Origin: Archaeoglobus sp. UBA234
GTDB taxonomy: Archaea > Halobacteriota > Archaeoglobi > Archaeoglobales > Archaeoglobaceae
Length of the DNA stretch: 24,000 bases
Direction: 5' to 3'
NCBI GenBank assembly: GCA_002494625.1
Contig: DACH01000016.1
Span: 109,257-133,256 of the forward strand
Position numbers and translations under genes: made by a program. The notes beneath the pieces are model-generated. The model saw nothing but the letters and a program-made list of their open reading frames with translations. It made no database searches and was not told the origin of the DNA. This document shows, piece by piece, positions 14,995 to 22,155 of the stretch. Every line of letters starts with the position of its first letter. Position 1 is the stretch's first letter.

Positions 14995-16851
14995 GTGAAT
15001 AAATTGGCAACGGTCGTTGATGAGCTGAACTTAGGAATGGAGCAAAACAGATTTAAAAGTGGGATAGTTGCCAATTTCCCTTTTAGACCCAGAAAGATGG
15101 ATGATCATGATCATTCAAATCTCAAAACATGTAGTATATATAGAATACTTCCAAAGCTGATGAAAAAAGAAGTTGAAAGGAATATGCATTTGCTGGAATA
15201 TCTGCATGTTGTTCCGATGGATAAAATTGGTATTCCAAAGTTTATTCCCAAGCTTGAGAAAAAACATGGTGAAATCGAGAATCCAAATTTGATTTATCAG
15301 GCAAGTGATCAGATATATATTCACATCTATACGGACAAAAACGATGTCAGGAATTTTTACATTCCAATTGAACCCACTCTTTTAACTGGAGTTGATCTGT
15401 TACTTAAAGAGGTAGAAGTTAAGCTTGTAGATTTCCTCACAGAAATCGACTTCGATCCTGAGGATAAAGAGGAGAAGGAAAGAATCCTCAAAGAAGCTCT
15501 GAAAGAAATCTGTGTGATAACCAATGGAAGAAAAGTCGATGATTTTATAGAAAATGAAGAGGGTATTTTAAAACTTTTTATGAGGAATAAAAATAATGGT
15601 AAAAATGGGCATCATATTTATGTCACAAGAGAGCAGTATAAGGCACTGGAATATGCCATCATAAGGGATAAAGTTGGGTTGGGGGTTCTCGAACCATATA
15701 TAAGGGATAAACATATTGAAGATATCACATGCAATGGTTTAGGACCTATATTTATTGAACACAAGGTGTTCAAGGGTCTTAAGAGCATAATTGAATTTAG
15801 AGAGGAAGAAACTTTGAATAAGTTTATTATCAGACTTGCTGAAAGAATTGGGAAGCCGATCACTTATAAAGATCCGATAGTTGATGCAACCCTCCCTGAT
15901 GGCTCGAGAATCAATATCGTTTTTGGCAATGATGTGAGCAAAAACGGTAGTAATTTTACAATCAGAAAGTTCAATGAGACTCCTTTCAGTGTTCTGCAGG
16001 TCATTGAGAGCGGGGCTATGGACTACATGATTGCAGGGTATCTATGGTTGTTGATTTCAGAGGGGATGTCTGGATTTATATGTGGTGAAACTGCGAGTGG
16101 TAAAACCACATCGCTGAATGCAATTACTGCTTTTATATCTCCGGATGCGAAGATAGTCTCAATAGAAGACACTCCCGAACTACAGGTCCCACATAAAAAC
16201 TGGACAAGAGAGGTAACTCGAGGAAGTACGAGAGGTGGATCCTTAGGTGAAGGAAGTGGATCAGATGTAACAATGTTTGATTTGTTAAAGGCAGCTCTAA
16301 GACAGAGACCAAACTATATACTTGTTGGTGAGATTAGAGGTGTTGAAGGTAATATAGCCTTCCAGGCTATGCAAACTGGACATCCAGTTATGTCAACATT
16401 TCATGCTGCAACAGTAGAAAAACTAATTCAAAGGCTAACGGCTGAGCCGATAAGTGTTCCTAAAACCTACATCGATAATCTGAATTTCGTGCTGATTCAG
16501 AGCGCTGTTAGAAGACCTGATGGGCGGTTAGTGAGGAGGGTATTGAGTGTTAATGAGATCGTTGGATATAACCCACAAAAAGGTGGTGTATCCTTCATTG
16601 AGGCTTTTTCCTGGGACCCTGTGACGGATTCCTTTGTTTTTGGTGCATATGGTAGCTCTTATTTGCTTGAGCAGAAAATTGCAACAAGACTTGGAATTCC
16701 AACCAATAAGAAGAAGGTAATCTATGAAGAAGTTGAAAAGAGAGCAAAAATACTTCAAAAACTGCATGAGGAGGGTATTACTAATTTCTACGACTTTTTC
16801 AACACATTAGCCAAGATAAGAAAGAGTGGCATGCTGAAAATAGAATTTTAG
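14995..16851 (+). CDS. arlI: ArlI (FlaI), archaellum assembly/motor ATPase (type II/IV secretion NTPase family)
   Basis: It has Walker A GETASGKTTSLNA, SIEDTPEL, the Walker B region NYILVGEIRGVEG, and the His box GHPVMSTFHA. The start is uncertain (GTG 14995, TTG 15004 or ATG 15037). Confidence 0.93.
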   Translation: MNKLATVVDELNLGMEQNRFKSGIVANFPFRPRKMDDHDHSNLKTCSIYRILPKLMKKEVERNMHLLEYLHVVPMDKIGIPKFIPKLEKKHGEIENPNLIYQASDQIYIHIYTDKNDVRNFYIPIEPTLLTGVDLLLKEVEVKLVDFLTEIDFDPEDKEEKERILKEALKEICVITNGRKVDDFIENEEGILKLFMRNKNNGKNGHHIYVTREQYKALEYAIIRDKVGLGVLEPYIRDKHIEDITCNGLGPIFIEHKVFKGLKSIIEFREEETLNKFIIRLAERIGKPITYKDPIVDATLPDGSRINIVFGNDVSKNGSNFTIRKFNETPFSVLQVIESGAMDYMIAGYLWLLISEGMSGFICGETASGKTTSLNAITAFISPDAKIVSIEDTPELQVPHKNWTREVTRGSTRGGSLGEGSGSDVTMFDLLKAALRQRPNYILVGEIRGVEGNIAFQAMQTGHPVMSTFHAATVEKLIQRLTAEPISVPKTYIDNLNFVLIQSAVRRPDGRLVRRVLSVNEIVGYNPQKGGVSFIEAFSWDPVTDSFVFGAYGSSYLLEQKIATRLGIPTNKKKVIYEEVEKRAKILQKLHEEGITNFYDFFNTLAKIRKSGMLKIEF

Positions 16852-16860
16852 GTGTCAGAC

Positions 16861-18489
16861 ATGGAATTAGCCAACATCAAAAACCTCGCTATGAAATACA
16901 GAAAGGAGAAGAAACTCAAGGAGTCTCCCGGATTATTTGAAAGACTCAGAAAAATTAAAGAAGGCCTTTATTTGGATAATGATCTGCTTTTTATTCTCAC
17001 TTATATGGCGTCAATCTCAACAGCCCAGATTAGTAGAGATAAAATTTTTGAGAAGACCTCTGAGAAGGAAGAATATGCTCCAAGTACTTATTTCAGAAAG
17101 GTTAAAGATCTGGCGCAGAAATGGCATTATGATTATGCAACAGCATGTGAACTCATAGCAAAAAAGATAAAACATGAAAATTTAAAAAAATTGTTCAATC
17201 GGTTCTCAAACGCCATATCTGCTGGTGAACCCGATAGAGAATTTTTGGAAAAGGAATGGAAAGTTTTTAAGACAATAAGAAAAGATGAGTTTGAAAGAAG
17301 CCTTGAGTCCTTGAAGAAGTGGTCAGATGCATATACTGCTCTGATGGTATCAACTTCTTTGATATCAATAATAATCCTTCTTTCGGTTATAATATATAAT
17401 ATCGGGGATCCTGCTCGGACTTTATTCACAGTTGCTGGTCTTGTGTTCGCGATCTCTCTTTTTGGAGTTGGTTTTTTGTTTAAATCTGTTCCCAAGGACA
17501 TCAAGACGCATAACTTGAAAATAAAATCGAGAGAGCAAACAATTGTGTATAAATGGATGCCAGTCAGTTATTTACTTTCAGCAATTTTTGTACTATCAAT
17601 AACCGTTGTACCTGTTTTTGTTAAACCTGACTTATTTGTTTTTAATGATCTGGATTTTAAGGGACTGGGCTTGATTGCAGCGGGTTTAACCATGTTTCCA
17701 GTGGGATGGATTGGGAGAAAAGATGATATAAAAATAAGCAAAAGAGATGAGAGCTATACTGTCTTCATTAGAAGTCTTGGCGCCATAGTTAGTGGAGCAG
17801 GGGTCACAATCGCAGAAGCACTTACAAAAATTGACCAGAAAAATCTTGGAGAACTCAAAGAACTATGCTATCAACTTTACAAAAGATTGTCAATGGGTCT
17901 GGATCATCGTTTGAGCTGGGAGAGGTTCATTGGAGAAAGTGGGAGCTACCTGATTCATAAATTAACTAGTGTTTTTGTAGATGCTGTAGATCTTGGAGGA
18001 GATGCCGATACTATTGGAGAAATCGTTAGTTCATCAAATCTCGAGCTGGTACTCTTGAGAAAGAAGCGGGATTTAATTTCTTCGGGATTTATTAGTCTCG
18101 TTATTCCATTACACGTGGCAATGGTATCACTTCTGATGTTTATCAGCCAGATTCTGACAATTTTTTCTGAGCTAATTACATCGCTTTTCACGGAATATAG
18201 TATATCTGGTGATAAACTTGAGGAAATTCCAGGAGGTATATCTGGGATGAATTTGGGAATTTTTTCAGGCGTTCCGTTGGATGTGCTTGCTCAGTACACA
18301 GTAGTGGTAGTAATTCTTGTAACTATAGCAAATACTCTCGCTGCAAAGATCGTTAAGGGGGGAGCAAATTATATGGCTCTGTATTATGGCTCGATTCTTT
18401 TCACACTGTCTGGAATTATGATGATAGTTATCCCACCGTTAGTTGATATGGCATTTTCATTCCCATCTTTTGTAGAGGGAGGTGCATAA
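16861..18489 (+). CDS. arlJ: ArlJ (FlaJ), polytopic archaellum membrane platform protein (GspF/PilC-like)
   Basis: The roughly 540-aa protein has two cytoplasmic helical domains alternating with clusters of TM helices. It follows arlI immediately. ATG 16861 has TAGGTG 6 nt upstream, and GTG 16852 is an alternative start. Confidence 0.87.
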   Translation: MELANIKNLAMKYRKEKKLKESPGLFERLRKIKEGLYLDNDLLFILTYMASISTAQISRDKIFEKTSEKEEYAPSTYFRKVKDLAQKWHYDYATACELIAKKIKHENLKKLFNRFSNAISAGEPDREFLEKEWKVFKTIRKDEFERSLESLKKWSDAYTALMVSTSLISIIILLSVIIYNIGDPARTLFTVAGLVFAISLFGVGFLFKSVPKDIKTHNLKIKSREQTIVYKWMPVSYLLSAIFVLSITVVPVFVKPDLFVFNDLDFKGLGLIAAGLTMFPVGWIGRKDDIKISKRDESYTVFIRSLGAIVSGAGVTIAEALTKIDQKNLGELKELCYQLYKRLSMGLDHRLSWERFIGESGSYLIHKLTSVFVDAVDLGGDADTIGEIVSSSNLELVLLRKKRDLISSGFISLVIPLHVAMVSLLMFISQILTIFSELITSLFTEYSISGDKLEEIPGGISGMNLGIFSGVPLDVLAQYTVVVVILVTIANTLAAKIVKGGANYMALYYGSILFTLSGIMMIVIPPLVDMAFSFPSFVEGGA

Positions 18490-18490
18490 A

Positions 18491-19360
18491 ATGGATGTGG
18501 CGTTAGTAGTGGGTATCGTCATAGCAGGGGTTACGATTGGAGCTGTGACGATATACGATAGGTTTAAACAGGAAAAAAAGTTGGAATTTAATATATCCAA
18601 AAAAATAGTTCCAAATAAAGCTAAAATAAAGACTGAGTTTTTAAATAGGATTTTTGATAGGTTTGCCAGTTTCAGGATGAAAAGAGAAAGTGGAACTGAA
18701 AAAAAAGATGTGAGTGGATTAAAGGGTAAGTTTGCTCGATTTGGTACACTGTTCGGGAGATCAAAGAGTTTTAAAGGCTTTAGCTTATTTTCACCATTTG
18801 GATTCTTTAAATCAAGGCAAGAAAAGAAATTAAAAGAGATTGATGAGAAACTTGAAAAAGTTGTCAATGAAAGCCCGAGTTACAGGAAAAAAGAAGTTGA
18901 AATAGATGATTCGGAAGTTAAAAAAATACTAGAAGAAAAATTGGACACTTTCAATGTGGATGATAATCTGTTAAGTGAGATGGAAACTGCAGAGAGAGTT
19001 GATGACCTTAAAAGGTACAGTGACGAAATCGAATCTGCAGAAAATTTGAATTCAGATGTTGTTGTTGATACAGATGATTTGGATTTTGGTATTGATATTG
19101 CAAACATTGAAGATTCGAACGAAGAACTGGATGACGAATCTGTTGATGATAATCTTGGCTTAGAAATGGAAACAGTTGAAGTAGACTTTGATGACAAAGA
19201 TGAGTTGCTATCGTCTTTGCAAAAGGAAATATCCGTAAAAAAGGAAGAAAAACTAGATTTATTGAGAGATTTAAGAAATGAAAATTTGGATCTAAAAGAA
19301 TTAAAAAGAGAGCTTGAGGAGGTACTGGGAACACTCAGACTATATGCCAAAAGCTCCTGA
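18491..19360 (+). CDS. Unrecognised membrane-anchored protein: one N-terminal TM helix, a basic Phe/Gly-rich segment, and a long acidic coiled-coil-like tail
   Basis: ATG 18491 lies 2 nt after the arlJ stop, with GGAGGTG 8 nt upstream (GTG 18482 is an alternative start). The product starts MDVALVVGIVIAGVTIGAVTIY, then includes FARFGTLFGRSKSFKGFSLFSPFGFFKSRQ, followed by an Asp/Glu-rich region. I recognise no family. Confidence 0.6.
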   Translation: MDVALVVGIVIAGVTIGAVTIYDRFKQEKKLEFNISKKIVPNKAKIKTEFLNRIFDRFASFRMKRESGTEKKDVSGLKGKFARFGTLFGRSKSFKGFSLFSPFGFFKSRQEKKLKEIDEKLEKVVNESPSYRKKEVEIDDSEVKKILEEKLDTFNVDDNLLSEMETAERVDDLKRYSDEIESAENLNSDVVVDTDDLDFGIDIANIEDSNEELDDESVDDNLGLEMETVEVDFDDKDELLSSLQKEISVKKEEKLDLLRDLRNENLDLKELKRELEEVLGTLRLYAKSS

Positions 19361-19372
19361 AAGGGGTAACAT

Positions 19373-21142
19373 ATGGTTGAAAAAGAGAGTGTTGATAAAT
19401 TAGCAGTTGTAAAATGGTTTTTTCTGATCTTTACATTAATTTCAATTTTAGTTTTTGAATTATCAGCTGGATTATATTATTTAAAATGGAATGAAGAAAA
19501 GAGTATCTTAGAAACATCAGAAAGAGAAAGAGTCGAAAACGCGAAAGAGTATATTTCCAGTAGTCTATCATCATCATCTATCGATTTATTTGTTCTTTCT
19601 GAAAATAATGTATTTAAAGAAATTAAGAATAATGATGTGTTGAGAAATGATTTGATTTTTAGAATTTATATGTTAATCAAACTGAACGAAGAGTATGAGA
19701 GAATTGTTCTATTTAATGAAACTGGAGGGCAGATTTTGAGCATAACTGATGGAGGTTGGCATTCAAAGGAAGATTTGCGGGACAGAAAGTATCTCATTGA
19801 ACCGATGATTAAATCCCTCATTGACGAAGCTTTAAAACAGGAAGGAACGAATATGCTTTTTATTCCGGCTGATGAAAACGATGGACATCATGTCATATGG
19901 TTTGCAACCTCTGTAGCAGATTCGGATAACAGAAATGTTATAGCTCTTGAATATTCTGTTGACGAACTGATTTCCAGCCTTGCAAAAAGATTTGGTAGCG
20001 ACGATAGACGGTTCATTTTTTTAGATTCTAATGGGAGAATACACATTATAAAAAATAAAAATCAGGATTGGGACACAGTTGATGATGGTAAGATCATGTA
20101 TTATCTCTCTGAGGGGTGGAATATCATAGAAACCAAAGAAACAGGTCAGTTCTATATAGAAGATGGTCTGGTTACATTTACGACGATCTATCCACTCCAC
20201 TCTGCAAGTAGATACCTGAAAAATCTTGAATTCCCGAATAATAGTTATTTGATCTCTCAGAATAACACCAACGATTTAAGCTGGAAATTGGTCAGTGTCA
20301 TACCTAAGGAAAAGATAGACTCAATACGAAATAGTATCCTTATGGACTTTGTACTTTTTGATGCAATCATCCTTGGAGTTACAGGTTCACTCTCTTTGCC
20401 TCTTTCTTATTTTATAGAAAGGCGAAAGAAAGCCCAGAAAGAAATAGAAATGTATGCGGCGAGACTTGAAGAGAAAAACAAGATGCTTACACTTTTTCTT
20501 GATATAATACGACACGACTTAAAAAACCCTATCAGCGTTGCGTATGGTTACATCGATCTAATGGATTCTGAAAGTACCAGTGATGATGACAAAACCATGT
20601 TCGAAAAAATTAGAAAACAACTAAAAAAGGCGATAGAAATAATGGATAATGCGAAAAAACTCTCTAAGGTAGAAAATATAAAAGAACTTGAGAAAAAAGA
20701 AATAGATCTCAGGCTGTTAATTGATGAATTAATCACCAATTTTAAACTGAACTCAGAAGAACCTTCAATTAAAATTGAGAATAACATAGAGAGGAATGTG
20801 AAGATTATGGCGAATGACCTAATTGAGGATGTTTTTGCAAATCTGATATCAAATGCCATTAAGTATGCTGGTGGGGACAAAACAATTAGGATTGATTGTA
20901 TCGAAACAGATGAGTATATCAGAGTAAGGGTAATAGATTACGGTCCTGGCGTGGACGATGAGAGTAAAGAAGTAATTTTTGATAGATTCGAGAGGGGAGG
21001 TTTAACAGATATAACAGGGACCGGACTCGGTCTTGCGATTTCTAAGAAAATAGTTGAGCTTCATTCTGGGAAGATTTGGGTTGAAGACAACCCAGAAGGT
21101 GGAGCAATTTTTGTGGTAGAATTACCCAAAAGAACAGTATAG
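19373..21142 (+). CDS. Sensor histidine kinase (TM - ~280-aa extracytoplasmic domain - TM - HisKA - HATPase_c)
   Basis: TM1 spans about residues 11-37 and TM2 about 321-347. The H-box is FLDIIRHDLKNPISV (His381, nt 20513-20515), the N-box is LISNAIKYAGGD, G1 is IDYGPGV and G2 is GTGLGLAISKKIVELHSGKIWVE. The periplasmic domain has the size of a double-Cache/PDC sensor, but the fold is unverified. Confidence 0.9.
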   Translation: MVEKESVDKLAVVKWFFLIFTLISILVFELSAGLYYLKWNEEKSILETSERERVENAKEYISSSLSSSSIDLFVLSENNVFKEIKNNDVLRNDLIFRIYMLIKLNEEYERIVLFNETGGQILSITDGGWHSKEDLRDRKYLIEPMIKSLIDEALKQEGTNMLFIPADENDGHHVIWFATSVADSDNRNVIALEYSVDELISSLAKRFGSDDRRFIFLDSNGRIHIIKNKNQDWDTVDDGKIMYYLSEGWNIIETKETGQFYIEDGLVTFTTIYPLHSASRYLKNLEFPNNSYLISQNNTNDLSWKLVSVIPKEKIDSIRNSILMDFVLFDAIILGVTGSLSLPLSYFIERRKKAQKEIEMYAARLEEKNKMLTLFLDIIRHDLKNPISVAYGYIDLMDSESTSDDDKTMFEKIRKQLKKAIEIMDNAKKLSKVENIKELEKKEIDLRLLIDELITNFKLNSEEPSIKIENNIERNVKIMANDLIEDVFANLISNAIKYAGGDKTIRIDCIETDEYIRVRVIDYGPGVDDESKEVIFDRFERGGLTDITGTGLGLAISKKIVELHSGKIWVEDNPEGGAIFVVELPKRTV

Positions 21143-21160
21143 TGGCAGGGGTGAGAGAGG

Positions 21161-21514
21161 ATGTTTGGTAAAGGAAGAGTTCTGATCGTCGAAGATGATT
21201 TTGCTGTTGTGGAAATGCTTAAACTGATGTTGTCGGAGTATCATGTAGAGGTTGCGACAAATGGTTTCGAGGCTGTTGAAAAGTACAAGACATTCGAACC
21301 AGATGTTGTGCTTATGGATATAGTGATGCCGGTGATGGATGGAATTCAGGCTACAAAAGAGATTTTAAGTATTGATAAAAACGCGAAGGTTATTGGAATT
21401 ACTGCCTTCGGAAAGCATAAAGGAGATGAGATGCTTGAGGCTGGAGCCGTTCATATATTGGAGAAACCGATTACAAAAAAGAGCCTTACAAATTCGATTG
21501 ATAGGTATTTATAG
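21161..21514 (+). CDS. Stand-alone CheY-like response-regulator receiver, paralogue 3 (adjacent to the kinase)
   Basis: The 117-aa protein has IVEDDF, VVLMDIVMPVMDG (Asp53), GITAF and LEKPIT. It starts 18 nt downstream of the kinase stop, with SD GGGGTGAGAGAGG. Confidence 0.88.
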   Translation: MFGKGRVLIVEDDFAVVEMLKLMLSEYHVEVATNGFEAVEKYKTFEPDVVLMDIVMPVMDGIQATKEILSIDKNAKVIGITAFGKHKGDEMLEAGAVHILEKPITKKSLTNSIDRYL

Positions 21515-21537
21515 CTATTAAAAAATATTGCACTATC

Positions 21538-21558
21538 TTATTTTAATCAATAATTTTT
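21538..21558 (+). terminator. T-rich, AT-rich region after the receiver gene; candidate end of the long arl transcription unit
   Basis: The sequence is cttaTTTTaatcaataaTTTTTatt. These are the first T-runs after the tight arlJ-to-receiver gene string. Confidence 0.35.
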
Positions 21559-21614
21559 ATTAAGTTATCTCTAATATCTTACTTATGTTATTAGTGTTTT
21601 AGTTTTATTTAATT

Positions 21615-21634
21615 TAATTACAGAATTGTAATTA
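21615..21634. promoter_or_regulatory. Inverted repeat TAATTAC-N6-GTAATTA (extendable to 10-bp arms, 21613-21636) upstream of the wHTH gene; candidate operator
   Basis: The repeat is seen directly as tTTAATTACAgaatTGTAATTAAa. It is followed after exactly 18 nt by the TATA-like TTAAATAT (21653-21660), which lies 30 nt before ATG 21691. Confidence 0.55.
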
Positions 21635-21690
21635 AAAGTAAAATAGTAACAGTTAAATATAATTGTTATTGTTATCATGATGGGGGTGAT

Positions 21691-21972
21691 ATGATGCTCG
21701 AGGTAGAGTATGAGAAACAATCTGAAGCATTGCTGAAAGTGATATCTCGAAGTGGTATGAGTTCAATTCTGAGAAGCCTTGAAAAAAATCCACAAAGGTT
21801 CTCTCAGTTGATGTTTAAGGCAAAATTAAACCCTGGAATCCTCGATCGGCATTTGAAATCTCTGATGGAAATTGGGGCTGTGGAAAAAGATGGAGATACG
21901 TATATACTCACCAATAGGGGTCACAGACTCGTTAAGGCTTTGTACAGTCTGTTTGAAATATATATGGATTGA
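21691..21972 (+). CDS. Small winged-helix (ArsR/MarR-like) transcriptional regulator
   Basis: The 93-aa protein contains SILRSLEKNPQRFSQLMFKAKLNPGILDRHLKSLMEIGAVEKDGDTYILTNRGHRL, which fits helix-turn-helix plus a beta-hairpin wing. SD GGGGGTGAT lies upstream. Confidence 0.7.
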   Translation: MMLEVEYEKQSEALLKVISRSGMSSILRSLEKNPQRFSQLMFKAKLNPGILDRHLKSLMEIGAVEKDGDTYILTNRGHRLVKALYSLFEIYMD

Positions 21973-22072
21973 TTTTTAGAAGACTTTGTGTTATACTCTA
22001 ATTTGGGTGTTTGTGTCTTTCAACATTTTCTTCACTCTCATTTAGCAATCTAGAAGGTAACATCTCAACCTA

Positions 22073-22092
22073 TAATTACATTTTAGTAATTA
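22073..22092. promoter_or_regulatory. Second copy of the inverted repeat TAATTAC-N6-GTAATTA, upstream of the MCP gene; candidate operator
   Basis: The repeat is seen directly as aTAATTACattttaGTAATTAt (8-bp arms, 22072-22093). It is followed after exactly 18 nt by the TATA-like TTATATAC (22111-22118), which lies 37 nt before GTG 22156. Confidence 0.55.
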
Positions 22093-22155
22093 TCTTTTTA
22101 CAAGAAATTCTTATATACTTAAAATTAAATTAATTATTTAGTGAGGTGGTAAAGA

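Noticed and set aside
18880-19350. Minus-strand ORFs of 156 aa and 108 aa, the latter at 19008-19334.
   Set aside because: They are antisense to the acidic protein gene. The Ser-rich product is the mirror image of GAN-rich sense codons. Neither has an SD or a promoter context.
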